A stretch of 64,000 nt of DNA from an uncultured Candidatus Saccharibacteria bacterium (GCA_964437545.1 CAYTHH010000001.1:14381-78380), one strand, 5' to 3'. Shown: positions 38,043 through 48,073, counted from the stretch's first letter. Notes: generated by a model from the sequence alone, not told the origin. Made by a program: numbers and translations.

Positions 38043-39053
38043 TCATTTTCCTGATTCTAATTTTTTAGTTTTAGCTTCGTCGATTTCAATGAGTTTTTCG
38101 ACTTTTTCTTCAAATAAAGTTAATCTTTTTTCTGAATCCTGATATGCTGAACTGGCATTTTTAAGGTGACCTCCCAGTTTTCTAAAATCATTCATTAGTT
38201 TTTCAGCATCTTGATAGATTTTACCTAATTTTTTGAGGATATTCTGAGTTTGCTTTGAAATCTGGGTATCCCTAAACCAATGTTCAATGGTTCTTAGGGT
38301 TAGGTAAATAGTGTTTGGCGAGGTAATGATGATTTTCTTTGTTTCGGCAAAAGCAAAGATATCAACTTCCTTGGCAATATTATTAATGATTTCGTAATAA
38401 ATAGCTTCAGCGGGAATAAACATTAAAGCGAAGTCAGTTGTTCCCTCCCCTGGTATAATATACTTTTGGGAAATAGACAAGACCTGGGCCTTAATGTCTT
38501 CTAAAAAAGATTTCTTAAAAAACTCTTTTTCTGTTTCAGTACTGGCAGTTACCATTTTCTGGAAGTTCTCAGCTGAAAATTTAGAATCAATTGGAACTAC
38601 TTTACCATTCGGTAGTTTGAGGATAAAATCAACTGCTTCTCCTGAAGCAAAAAAGTATTGGCTTTGGTAAAGTTCTTTGGGAAAATGCTGCGCCAGAATG
38701 TGTTCCAGTTGGGCTTCTCCCCAGGCGCCTCTTAATTTCGGAGACTTGAAAATGTCCTGAAAATTAGAAACGTCAGAAACTTTAGTATGAATTTGCTTGA
38801 TGTTTTCCCTGATTTCTGTAGCTTCTTTTGTAAAGGACCTGATCTGGTTATTCATTTCCTTGGAAGTGTTGTCAACACTGCCCCGGATTTCTTTTAACTG
38901 TTGACTCATCAAATCAGTTAATCTTCTTTCAAGGTTTAAAATTGATTCAGACTGATTTTTGTCAGTTTGAGAATTCTTAATAAAAAGAAAAACCACACTA
39001 AAAATGGCAATGGCTACTAAGGCTATATATAAGGCTAAATAAGGGGCTGTCAT
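38043..39053 (-). CDS. rmuC: DNA recombination protein RmuC
   Basis: N-terminal TM, long coiled coil, C-terminal RmuC nuclease-like region (RGAWGEAQLEHIL, MFIPAEAIYYEI). Confidence 0.7.
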   Translation of the reverse strand: MTAPYLALYIALVAIAIFSVVFLFIKNSQTDKNQSESILNLERRLTDLMSQQLKEIRGSVDNTSKEMNNQIRSFTKEATEIRENIKQIHTKVSDVSNFQDIFKSPKLRGAWGEAQLEHILAQHFPKELYQSQYFFASGEAVDFILKLPNGKVVPIDSKFSAENFQKMVTASTETEKEFFKKSFLEDIKAQVLSISQKYIIPGEGTTDFALMFIPAEAIYYEIINNIAKEVDIFAFAETKKIIITSPNTIYLTLRTIEHWFRDTQISKQTQNILKKLGKIYQDAEKLMNDFRKLGGHLKNASSAYQDSEKRLTLFEEKVEKLIEIDEAKTKKLESGK

Positions 39054-39141
39054 GGACTTATTTTAGCAGAGTTTACTCTAGATTTCAAGAAAGAGTATGA
39101 CAATCTAAAATGCTCAACCATTTAGCTGAGCATTTTATCTT

Positions 39142-39819
39142 TTATCTGATGATTTGCATTTTAATAAACCTCCTTATGTCTTGCGGTAAATCATCGATGT
39201 TTTTTATCTTGGAATCAATTATTCTTTCGAGCGCCAAGCGCCTCAAGAATGCGTCAATACTTTCGGTTAAACTGATTTCAACTATGCATTGTGTTTCCTC
39301 ACTGTCGCTTTCTAAAAGCTCTGTCAGAATGTCTTTTCTTTGTTCTTTCCATTTTCTGAGGCTGTTTTTGACAGCTTCAATAGCTTCTTCAAGGGCTTGA
39401 GCCAGATCTTTAATCGAAGCGCTTGCTTCAGCCTCGATTATATCTGAGTTAGCTTGGGAAAAAACTCGTTCTAGCGCGTCAATTATCTCTTGATCAGCGC
39501 CAATAGTTTTAGAGAATTGAAGCGCAGCTGTTTTAGCCTTAAGCATAGAAACATTTGATATTTCTTTTGGAGGTTGGCTTATTCCAATGAAAAGAGTCAA
39601 TGCTTCAAACCTTGCCAAAGATACTTCAAGGCGATCTTTAAATACAGCTTCGACCTCTTCAAAGAGACATCCGACTTCTCCAAAGACTTCATCAATGGCC
39701 TTTGAATTATTTTCTAGTGTTTCGATAGCGTCTTTTAAAAACCTGGGAGCTAGTAATTCTATTAAAAGCTTCTCAATACAACTCAGCGGAACATACCGAT
39801 CCAGTTTTTTGGTTTTCAT
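39142..39819 (-). CDS. hypothetical acidic helical protein
   Basis: 225 aa, no motif. Confidence 0.4.
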   Translation of the reverse strand: MKTKKLDRYVPLSCIEKLLIELLAPRFLKDAIETLENNSKAIDEVFGEVGCLFEEVEAVFKDRLEVSLARFEALTLFIGISQPPKEISNVSMLKAKTAALQFSKTIGADQEIIDALERVFSQANSDIIEAEASASIKDLAQALEEAIEAVKNSLRKWKEQRKDILTELLESDSEETQCIVEISLTESIDAFLRRLALERIIDSKIKNIDDLPQDIRRFIKMQIIR

Positions 39820-39906
39820 CTTAGCCTCCTTTGGCTTATTTTGTGTAAGAAAATTGGGAAAGTCCTAACTCGATACTAGTACAGGAGACTGAAACTGTCA
39901 AAGAGA

Positions 39907-40854
39907 TTATTTTAAGCGTCTTAAAAAAATCTCAGAAATTAAAAAGGTAATGTAAATGCCAAGGAGGAAAAAAGCTTCCTTTTTGGTTATTTTCTTGTCT
40001 GACTTTATAAATATTAAAAAGAAAATAGCTGAAATAATCAGGAATATTCGCGCCATTAAATAGGGAGAAAAGTCAGTGATGGTAATCGGACAAATCAGAA
40101 CAACTATTCCTAATACCAAGGTAGCGGAATTGATAACACTACCCATTAGATCTCCCAAAACTAACCATGACTCCCCCTTTTTAGTAGAAACAATCCCAAA
40201 ATATATTTCCGGTAAAGCATTTCCCAAACCGACAATTAAAATACCAATCATGCCTATGGGTAACCCTAGAGTTTTGGCAAAGAAGAAAGATGAGCTGACA
40301 ACTCCCTGAGATCCAGCTATTAACAAAATAATGCTTAAAACTAGCAAGGAAAGGCTTTTCCATAATTTTATTGGTCTTTGTTTTTCTCTATAGGTTTTAT
40401 GGAACCTATCTTCAGTAGCAAATAACCAAACCGCATAGATTAAAAAAGCTAGGATTAAAACCAAGCCATCAGCTTGTCCCAGTTTTCCATCCAAAGAAAG
40501 CAGGATCGGTAAAATTGCAATTAATAAAGTAAACCAAGAGCTTGATTGAACCATTTTACTATCAGCTTTAATGCCGTTTCCTATCAAAGCAGCCAGGGCA
40601 ATGGCTAAAGTTAAATCAACAACGTTGCCTCCGACCACGTCGCCAAAAGAAAGTTCAGGAATTCCTCTTAAAGCAGCGTTAATGCCGACAAAAAGGTTTG
40701 GAGCTGAGGTGGCCACGGCCATGATGAAAAAACCAACTACGAATTCTCGCCACTTTAATTTTTTAGCAATACTAATCAGACTATCAACAACCATGGTACC
40801 AGAAAAGGCCAGCAAGCAGGAAGAAGCAATAAAAAGAAAGATATAGAAAGGCAT
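39907..40854 (-). CDS. Ca2+/cation antiporter (CaCA family, YrbG-like)
   Basis: Two alpha-repeat signatures (GDVVGGNVVDLTLAIA and GLGNALPEIYFGIVS), about 10 TM helices. Confidence 0.75.
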   Translation of the reverse strand: MPFYIFLFIASSCLLAFSGTMVVDSLISIAKKLKWREFVVGFFIMAVATSAPNLFVGINAALRGIPELSFGDVVGGNVVDLTLAIALAALIGNGIKADSKMVQSSSWFTLLIAILPILLSLDGKLGQADGLVLILAFLIYAVWLFATEDRFHKTYREKQRPIKLWKSLSLLVLSIILLIAGSQGVVSSSFFFAKTLGLPIGMIGILIVGLGNALPEIYFGIVSTKKGESWLVLGDLMGSVINSATLVLGIVVLICPITITDFSPYLMARIFLIISAIFFLIFIKSDKKITKKEAFFLLGIYITFLISEIFLRRLK

Positions 40855-41969
40855 TATCTTAAAAAGCTGGTTATTTCATATAAGATTCCTCCCAAAAATA
40901 CCAGAATCAAGGGATAGATTAGGATTCTTTTTTCAGGTTTAACTTTTTTATACATTAGCAGAATCAAGGTGCCTTCAACTCCGAGCATGACGCCGCCAAC
41001 CAAGCTGATGGTTTTGAGAAAGTCCTGAAAGCCAAGTAAAAAAAGAATTAGCGGAATACTAACGCTCAAAATAAAAGCCATAAAAGGCTTAATTTTAAAG
41101 TCATAAGCAAAGACTTTCTTTATTGTCAGACCCAAAGCAATGAAAGAAGTAAAAGTGGTCACAATCCCCAAAAACAAGCCCAGACTGAGGATTTTATCAC
41201 TAATAAAGCCTTTGAGGCCGGAAATGGCATCCTCTGATGTCTGGGAGCCGGAAATACCAACAACTAAGAGCATGAAAACAAGGTAAATTACAGCCGTAAA
41301 CAACAACGAAGCAATAATTACTTTTTTAAGAGCTTTTTTATTTTTGCCAAGCATTTCTTCAATTTCTGGAATCATTGACACTCCCCATAAAGAAAACAAG
41401 ATCGGGCCGTAGGGCAAAAAGATTTTGCTAAAATTAGCAGTTAAAGAAAGATTTTCTATTTTAAAGCTTGGTGCTCCGCTGATTAGAATAATTACAAAAA
41501 CCAAAATCATTAAGATTAATGACCAAAAATCAATCTTGGCAATGGGATTAATACCGAAATAGATTAAAACTGTTCCTAGAGCAAAATATAATAAAGTAGC
41601 TAAGAATTCATTATTATTGATTAAAGGTAAATTAAGTCCGGCAATGAATTTGCCGCCAATAATAAGATAAGCCAGAAGCGATCCGTAAGTTCCCAAAATC
41701 ATGGTAGCTAGCGCAACCTTTTTGCCCTTTTCGCCAAGATGAACTTTAGCGTATCCCGGCAGTCTGAGAAAATCCGGAGTTGCCAGAGCGACTTCTCCGA
41801 ATAGAAGATGAATTAATAGAGTCAAACCGCCAAGAATGATAAAATAGCCGATTATGATTCCCCATCCCACCATATTAGTCACCTGGGGTAATGAAAAAAA
41901 ACCGACGCCGATAATGGTGCCAGCTAAAATCGAAACGGTTAGAATGAATTTTTTAAAATCTTCTTTCAT
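40854..41969 (-). CDS. amino acid permease (aromatic/hydroxy amino acid transporter-like)
   Basis: 371 aa, about 11 TM helices, N-terminal GVGFFSLPQV motif typical of the Trp/Tyr-permease/SdaC family. Confidence 0.5.
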   Translation of the reverse strand: MKEDFKKFILTVSILAGTIIGVGFFSLPQVTNMVGWGIIIGYFIILGGLTLLIHLLFGEVALATPDFLRLPGYAKVHLGEKGKKVALATMILGTYGSLLAYLIIGGKFIAGLNLPLINNNEFLATLLYFALGTVLIYFGINPIAKIDFWSLILMILVFVIILISGAPSFKIENLSLTANFSKIFLPYGPILFSLWGVSMIPEIEEMLGKNKKALKKVIIASLLFTAVIYLVFMLLVVGISGSQTSEDAISGLKGFISDKILSLGLFLGIVTTFTSFIALGLTIKKVFAYDFKIKPFMAFILSVSIPLILFLLGFQDFLKTISLVGGVMLGVEGTLILLMYKKVKPEKRILIYPLILVFLGGILYEITSFLR

Positions 41970-42062
41970 GAATTAATTAACTATCCTAAAAGAGTAATTA
42001 ATTACATTAATTGTACCATGTAATGGTATATCGAGCATCTTGCCCGCCATAGCATAGATAAA

Positions 42063-42872
42063 TTATTTCTGGCACTTTGGACAAAAGAAAGTTCCTCGGC
42101 CACTCAAGTTGATTCTTTTGATAACAGTTTTGCACTTCTGGCATTTTTGGCCATCTTTCTGATAAACTCTAAAATATTGCTGGTAAGAACCAGAACTGGA
42201 ATCTGGTCTAAGATATAATTGATCAGCAGCTGAAGAACCGTTGTATTTAATCCCCTCTTTTAAAACCAACTGAATTGCTTCTCTTAGTTTTTTAATCTCT
42301 TGAGTTTTCAATTGATTAGCAGGTTTTTGAGGATTAATTTGGGCCTTAGCCAAGATTTCATTAGCATAAATATTACCAATACCAGCTATTTTGGTTTGGT
42401 CAAGCAAAATAATTTTAATAGCTCGTCTAGTTTGTTTTAGGGTTTTCCCTAAATAATTATCAGAAAAGTTTTTAGTTAATGGCTCTGGACCGAATCTTGC
42501 CAGCGCTAAATCAAGTTGATCTTTATTTAAAACCTTGATCCAGCCAAATTTTCTCATGTCGTTGAAGAATAATTGATTTTTGACAAAAGAAATGATTACG
42601 CGAGTTGACTTTGTCGGAGTTTTTAAAATCCCAGGCTGCCATAGCAGCTGGCCAGACATTTTCAAATGAACTAATAGAGCTTGGCCATTCGAAAGCTTAA
42701 AGATTAAGTTTTTAGCCCGTCTTTCAACAGATAAAATCTTTTTGCCGATTACTTTCTTGGATTGACCAGCAAATTGTTTTTTGGAAAGGATCTTAATGCC
42801 AATAATCTTTTTACCGGAAACAGTTTTATCTAGATATTTTTTAATTGTCTCAACTTCGGGTAATTCTGGCAT
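42063..42872 (-). CDS. mutM: formamidopyrimidine-DNA glycosylase
   Basis: MPELPEVE N-terminus (catalytic Pro2/Glu3), C-terminal zinc finger CQKCKT...CPKCQ. Confidence 0.9.
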   Translation of the reverse strand: MPELPEVETIKKYLDKTVSGKKIIGIKILSKKQFAGQSKKVIGKKILSVERRAKNLIFKLSNGQALLVHLKMSGQLLWQPGILKTPTKSTRVIISFVKNQLFFNDMRKFGWIKVLNKDQLDLALARFGPEPLTKNFSDNYLGKTLKQTRRAIKIILLDQTKIAGIGNIYANEILAKAQINPQKPANQLKTQEIKKLREAIQLVLKEGIKYNGSSAADQLYLRPDSSSGSYQQYFRVYQKDGQKCQKCKTVIKRINLSGRGTFFCPKCQK

Positions 42873-43494
42873 GAATAAAATAAGAATAAATGAATAAGAA
42901 TAAAGATATGGATACAGTTGGAATAATGATAAGTAAAAAACCGTAATCTGGCATAAAAAATCCTATTAATCCAATAACCCCAGCTATTTTAAATAGCTTT
43001 GATCCTAATTCATGGGTTTTGTCCCAAACCAAGTCGTTATTTAATGTCCAGGGAGTTCTGATGCCGCAAAACCAATTTTTTTTGAGGTTTTTGAGAAGAA
43101 CGCCAATATAAAAGAATAATATACTCATGGCTGGCATTATCATTTTCCCCATATTAAATCTGAATCCATAATTCCAAAGAATAGTTAAAGAATAAATATA
43201 AAAGAAAAAAGTAATGATAACGAGTATAAAGCCATCATAGTATTTTTTAAACCCCAGGTAGTTTTCTTTTAAAGGATCTATCTTGGGTAAAAAGATAAAA
43301 AGTAAAAATAAAAACACTGAAACAATTGGCATTAAAAACACTCCCAAGAATTTTGGCATATAATTATCAACTTGGCCCTGAAGATTCCAATGAGAAGCAA
43401 ATTTATCTGGTAGGTAAGGACTAGCATAAAGAGAAAAAGCGATGATAAAGAATAATCCGATTATTCCCAAAATAACAGCTTGAGTTTTATTCAT
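42850..43494 (-). CDS. hypothetical polytopic membrane protein
   Basis: 214 aa, 6 TM helices. Confidence 0.4.
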   Translation of the reverse strand: MNKTQAVILGIIGLFFIIAFSLYASPYLPDKFASHWNLQGQVDNYMPKFLGVFLMPIVSVFLFLLFIFLPKIDPLKENYLGFKKYYDGFILVIITFFFYIYSLTILWNYGFRFNMGKMIMPAMSILFFYIGVLLKNLKKNWFCGIRTPWTLNNDLVWDKTHELGSKLFKIAGVIGLIGFFMPDYGFLLIIIPTVSISLFLFIYSYFIHARITRS

Positions 43495-43685
43495 AGAATG
43501 TTAATTAATTTTTCAAAAACCAAATAATATTCTTTTTTACTAATATATTCTTTAGCTTGTCGTTTAATTCGGATATTTTCTAAAAAAATAGCGAAGATAA
43601 TTAAAAGAACCAAGATAATAATTGGGATTAACAGGCGTTTTAGAAGCTTCATAACGATTTGGATTTTATTAAAGCTTGTTGGCAA
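43491..43685 (-). CDS. small membrane protein
   Basis: 64 aa with a single TM. Confidence 0.3.
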   Translation of the reverse strand: MPTSFNKIQIVMKLLKRLLIPIIILVLLIIFAIFLENIRIKRQAKEYISKKEYYLVFEKLINIL

Positions 43686-45199
43686 AATTCTTTATGCCCG
43701 GGAAAAATCTTTTTATCAGCCATATCTGCTAGTTTTAAGAATTTTATTCTTTGGCCCTCAAGGCAAGTAAGTTCTTGATTTTCATCATATTCAGTCCAAA
43801 AAATGTGGCGGGTTATTTTTTGGCCGCTTGGTAAAGAATAAGTTTCTTCTGCTAAAAGATTTAAAGATTGAGCCCGATAACCCGTTTCTTCGGTTAATTC
43901 GCGGTGAGCAGCAGTTTGCGGGGTTTCTCCAATTTCAACTTTTCCCCCAGGCATACACCAATGATTGGGGAAAGAAATGTCTTTTTTGCTATCTCTAAGA
44001 ATCATTAAAGTTGAGCCGTCTTTTCTAATTAAAACTACGCCGGCAGACTTCATCCCCTCTTCTTTAGCAAAGCCTAGTTGTAAAATGAATAAAAGACTTA
44101 AAGCGCTTAAGGTAAAAGCCATGGGCCAATTTAAACCAAAAAGTCCAAGGCTAAAGATTAATATCATCGTAGCGACAAATGAGCCAAAATGAATTGCCAG
44201 TTCTCGGCTCAGAAAATATTCTAGTTTTTTAGTTTGAACAGCAGTTTGGTAAGCCAACCGATCAAATGGTACCCAGATAAAAATAGATACTAGTTGATAA
44301 GCCAAATCAACTAAAAATAAGGAAAGCTGACCACTAATGATAAAGATTCTAGAGAGCCAGTTTAGGATATTAATAGGGACACTGATTTTTAGAATTTTAC
44401 CGCCGAATCTATTGGCTAAGTTCCTGACAATAACCAGAAGAATAAAAGAAGCCAGCAAGCTGATTGAGGTAATGGTGCCCAGGAATTGATACGAGCTGGC
44501 TAGCAAGAAAACATAAATCGGCCAAACTATACTTTGGAATCGGTCAATTAAACCAACGCCAAAAAATCCCAAGAATAATCTCGGCATTTGCTTAATGGGC
44601 AAATTATTTCCCAGGGTTTTTAGGGTAATTTCTGGAAATTTGAATTCATAACGATCAAAAAAAAGTGGTAAGCCGGAGATAATAACAAAAGCAAGGCTGA
44701 CTACATAAAGACTATTAAAGCTAAGGGTCTGAATAATGATTCCACCCAGGATTGGACCGGCAATCGAGCCAACTTTGCCAGTAAAACTGATTTTGGCAAC
44801 ATCTTTGCCAAAGGATAGAGTGTGATCAGTTCCAACAACGCTTAAATGGAAGGGCAACCAGCAAAATGGCACAGCTAAGCCCCAAAAAAAGACAGCCGGG
44901 ATTAGAAAAAAAAGTTCTCGGCCAGCCAGAATTAATAGGACTAAGAAAATAGATCTTAAAATTGCTCCAGTAAAATATATTTTATCCGAACCAAATTTAG
45001 CTATTAATCTGGCTGTTGGTAAAGTGAAAATAATAATAATTAAATCTAGCAAGAGAAAAAAACCAAGGATCCAAAAAAAGCTATGGGTGATCTTATAGAT
45101 GTAAAGAGGAACAAAAATTCCAACCATAGAAAAACCAAACTGGAGTAAAAAATTACTCAAAAGAAGGCCGTTGATTCCAAATAATGAAGGTTTTTTCAT
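43649..45199 (-). CDS. MFS transporter fused to a C-terminal NUDIX hydrolase domain
   Basis: About 12 TM helices, then a Nudix box GGKVEIGETPQTAAHRELTEETGY (Gx5Ex7REUxEExGU). Confidence 0.7.
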   Translation of the reverse strand: MKKPSLFGINGLLLSNFLLQFGFSMVGIFVPLYIYKITHSFFWILGFFLLLDLIIIIFTLPTARLIAKFGSDKIYFTGAILRSIFLVLLILAGRELFFLIPAVFFWGLAVPFCWLPFHLSVVGTDHTLSFGKDVAKISFTGKVGSIAGPILGGIIIQTLSFNSLYVVSLAFVIISGLPLFFDRYEFKFPEITLKTLGNNLPIKQMPRLFLGFFGVGLIDRFQSIVWPIYVFLLASSYQFLGTITSISLLASFILLVIVRNLANRFGGKILKISVPINILNWLSRIFIISGQLSLFLVDLAYQLVSIFIWVPFDRLAYQTAVQTKKLEYFLSRELAIHFGSFVATMILIFSLGLFGLNWPMAFTLSALSLLFILQLGFAKEEGMKSAGVVLIRKDGSTLMILRDSKKDISFPNHWCMPGGKVEIGETPQTAAHRELTEETGYRAQSLNLLAEETYSLPSGQKITRHIFWTEYDENQELTCLEGQRIKFLKLADMADKKIFPGHKEFCQQALIKSKSL

Positions 45200-45208
45200 A
45201 TTTTATTT

Positions 45209-45296
45209 TAGCATAAAACCGAAGGATTTTAGCATAAAACTGAAAGATTTTAGCATAAAACTGAAGGATTTTAGCATAAAACTGAAGGATTTTACT
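45209..45296. repeat. 22-bp tandem repeat x4 (tagcataaaacYgaaRgatttt) in the promoter region of the MFS-NUDIX gene
   Basis: Four head-to-tail copies with 1-2 substitutions, directly upstream of the 45199 start. Confidence 0.85.
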
Positions 45297-45312
45297 ACAA
45301 AAAACTAGGAAA

Positions 45313-45837
45313 TTATTTATTAATCCTGGAATTTTTATAGTTTATTCCTAGTATTAACAGAGCCGCGCCAAAGAGAATGATTTCCAATAAAACATTGGCC
45401 CAGGCGTTATTCAGGTAGAGCCAAATAAAAGAGCCGATTGAACAAAAAGACGAGGGAACAGATCGGTTAAAAAGAGGTTTTAAGGGATAAAGCCAGCTGA
45501 TTTGTGGCTGGTTGACGATAGTTTGGAACTTTAAAACATAAAACCAATATCCGATCTCATCAAGAATAAGGTGTAAGATTAGAGAGGTCAGCGTTAAAAG
45601 TTTTGCAAAAGAGGATATGTTTTTAAAGATAAGAACCAGGATAAGCCAAACAATAATAGCTCCAAAAGGAGTATGGGTTATTAAATCATGATGTGATTTG
45701 TCAAGAGCAACGCCAATGAAAATATCAAAATCCAGAACAAAACCAGCAAAGACAATTAGCAAAATTTCTTTTAAAGAAAGTTTCTTAGAAAGCTTTGTTA
45801 AAAGATAACTGGCACTTAAATGTCCAAGTGGCAACAT
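45313..45837 (-). CDS. membrane-bound metal-dependent hydrolase, DUF457/YdjM-like
   Basis: MLPLGHLSASYLL start and HDLITHTPFG motif resemble YdjM, 174 aa. Confidence 0.5.
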   Translation of the reverse strand: MLPLGHLSASYLLTKLSKKLSLKEILLIVFAGFVLDFDIFIGVALDKSHHDLITHTPFGAIIVWLILVLIFKNISSFAKLLTLTSLILHLILDEIGYWFYVLKFQTIVNQPQISWLYPLKPLFNRSVPSSFCSIGSFIWLYLNNAWANVLLEIILFGAALLILGINYKNSRINK

Positions 45838-45838
45838 A

Positions 45839-46675
45839 TTATTTTTTAGCTGCGTGTCCCCTATTAAAATAAATAGTGGTCGGCAAGTGATATTTTTTTG
45901 ATAATTTTTCTATTTTTTGTTTTTCCAGATTATAAAATTCAAGAAACTTTTTCGAATCAAAAAGAATTTCTTTCATTGGCAAAAGCAACTTTGGATATTT
46001 TTCTTTTAAAATATTTTCAACTCCAATCCAATTGCCGCCAATTGTATTTAAGCTTTCGGTAAAAACCTGTTTTATTCCAGCTTGCTTAAACTCCTTAAAA
46101 AGAACTTCAGGATCTGTGAAGAATGGCCAGTAGGGGCCCATCATGGCAAAAACAACAATTTTTTCTTGGCTAAGCTTTTTAGCCGTTATTAGTCTTTGAT
46201 CGAGAGTTGAAGAACCGGGTTCGGTTAATTTTTTCCACACCTCATTATTAGTGGCAATGGTAAAATTAACATCAACCTTTTTCATTTTTTTAAGCAGATC
46301 AAGGTCTCTTAAAACTAAAGAAGATTTAGTTAGAATACTGACTGGATTATTATAATTTACCAATACCTCAAGAATTTTTCTGGTTAATTTATACTTTCCC
46401 TCAATTGGTTGATATGGATCAGTGACCGTGCCAATATAGATTTGTTCATTAGGTTTTACAGATTTCATTTGTTTTTGCAGGACTTCGGCAATATTAATTC
46501 TGGCATCAACAAAACTACCCCATTCTTCAGTATGTCCCGTGAATCTTTTCATAAAACGGGCATAACAATAAACACAGGCGTGCGAGCAACCAACATAGGA
46601 ATTAATGGCCAAGCCACCGCCGGGAAAACCGCATTTGCCAATTGCTGATTTACAGATGATTTCTTTTATTCTCAT
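45839..46675 (-). CDS. radical SAM protein, spore-photoproduct-lyase/SplB-like (COG1533)
   Basis: CSHACVYC (CxxxCxxC) cluster near the N-terminus, 278 aa. Confidence 0.7.
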   Translation of the reverse strand: MRIKEIICKSAIGKCGFPGGGLAINSYVGCSHACVYCYARFMKRFTGHTEEWGSFVDARINIAEVLQKQMKSVKPNEQIYIGTVTDPYQPIEGKYKLTRKILEVLVNYNNPVSILTKSSLVLRDLDLLKKMKKVDVNFTIATNNEVWKKLTEPGSSTLDQRLITAKKLSQEKIVVFAMMGPYWPFFTDPEVLFKEFKQAGIKQVFTESLNTIGGNWIGVENILKEKYPKLLLPMKEILFDSKKFLEFYNLEKQKIEKLSKKYHLPTTIYFNRGHAAKK

Positions 46676-46678
46676 AAG

Positions 46679-47422
46679 CTAGCCGATTAAGGTTAGGGCG
46701 GCCATAATGGCAATTCCCAAGATCATTAACAGCATTTGCCAGAAAGAAGTACTGAGTTTTATTTCGTGATGAAGTTCGGGCAAGAGATCTGAGCCAGCAA
46801 TATATAGAAAGCCACCAGCAGTGATTGGCAGTAAAAACAGAGAAAAATCATTGATCTTGGAACCGATGACCAAAACAATAATAGTCCCCAAAATTGCAGT
46901 TAAGCCGCTTAAAAAATTATATAAAAGAGCTTTTTTAATAGTGAAGCCTGAGTGGATTAGGACGCCAAATTCTCCTATTTCATTTGGAATTTCATGAAAG
47001 ACAACGGCAATGGTGGTGGCCAGGCCCAAAGGAATACTGACCATGAAGCTGCCAGCAATGATCATACCATCAATTAAGTTATGGGCGGCATCACCAATTA
47101 AGATCATACTGGCAACAGTTTTTCTATGATCTAAACAATCAATATCGTGGCAATGACGCCATCTTAAAAATCTTTCTAAAGAAAAGAATAGTAAGATACC
47201 GACAATAACTAGGAATGACGGTAGTAGTCCAAAGCCAAGATTTTCAAAGGTTTCGGGTAAAAGATGGATGACAGCATCACCAAACAAGGCGCCGACCGCA
47301 AAACTGACAAAAAATAACGAAGCTTTTTTTACTTTATCTATTCCAAACGATAAGCTAAAAACTCCAACTAAAGAAATTAAGCTGATAATAACAACACTGA
47401 TTAAAGAGTAAACCCAAATCAT
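46679..47422 (-). CDS. ZIP family metal transporter (ZupT-like)
   Basis: 8 TM helices, HEIPNEIGEF metal-binding motif, His-rich loop. Confidence 0.7.
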   Translation of the reverse strand: MIWVYSLISVVIISLISLVGVFSLSFGIDKVKKASLFFVSFAVGALFGDAVIHLLPETFENLGFGLLPSFLVIVGILLFFSLERFLRWRHCHDIDCLDHRKTVASMILIGDAAHNLIDGMIIAGSFMVSIPLGLATTIAVVFHEIPNEIGEFGVLIHSGFTIKKALLYNFLSGLTAILGTIIVLVIGSKINDFSLFLLPITAGGFLYIAGSDLLPELHHEIKLSTSFWQMLLMILGIAIMAALTLIG

Positions 47423-47542
47423 AATAATTATATTTTAACAGGTTTTCTTTACTAATGCACCTTTTATAACGGCTAGTAAGCCGATATATCATTCTGCTAT
47501 GAAAGAAAAGAGGGGGCGGATTTATTTCCGTCCCCTGCTTTT

Positions 47543-47803
47543 TTATTCAATAGATCCTTTGGGGATTTTTTCCCCACAGTTCGGGCAATTAATTACTATC
47601 CCCCTTATTTTTCTTCCACAATTCGGACATTTAGTACTACTTCCTTTTTTAGAAGAATGCCTGATCTTTACGGTTCCCTGGACAGTTTCTACGGGCGGAG
47701 TACTAATACAATTCTCACATCCGCTGGGTGCGAGATTACATCCGATACAGATATTAGTGAAAAACATTGTTGTTCCTCCAATTGGTCTATGTCCTTCCAA
47801 CAT
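47543..47803 (-). CDS. double zinc-ribbon protein
   Basis: CPNCGRKIRGIVINCPNCGEKI and CIGCNLAPSGCENC, 86 aa. Confidence 0.5.
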   Translation of the reverse strand: MLEGHRPIGGTTMFFTNICIGCNLAPSGCENCISTPPVETVQGTVKIRHSSKKGSSTKCPNCGRKIRGIVINCPNCGEKIPKGSIE

Positions 47804-47867
47804 AATGGAAGGTTAATGAAAGAGCTGAAAGGTTTAGAGCGTTCCCTACCGGAGTCGAACCAGCTTG

Positions 47868-47939
47868 CGGCCTTGACGGGAGTCGAACCCGTGTGCCATG
47901 GTTGAGAACCATGTATCCTAACCACTAGATGACAAGGCC
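47868..47939 (-). tRNA. tRNA-Glu (anticodon CTC)
   Basis: Acceptor GGCCTTG/CAAGGCC, D-loop AGTGGTTAG, anticodon loop TTCTCAA, T-loop TTCGACT. Confidence 0.7.
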
Positions 47940-47944
47940 TTTAT

Positions 47945-47985
47945 TGCCGCAAGCCTGATGTCCTAACCACTAGACGATGGGGGCA
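47945..47985 (-). other. tRNA-Glu-like 5' half (positions 1 to about 34), no matching 3' half adjacent
   Basis: GCCCCCATCGTCTAGTGGTTAGGACATCAGGCTT closely matches a tRNA-Glu 5' half. A T-arm/acceptor-like fragment lies on the other side of tRNA-Glu at 47841-47867. Confidence 0.5.
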
Positions 47986-48073
47986 CTTTTTGGATGCCAA
48001 GTAAACTGTTATAGTTTGCATTTTTAGCTCTCCTTTCTACCCCTTTTTTAACACTAACTGTTGATAAAGTCAA

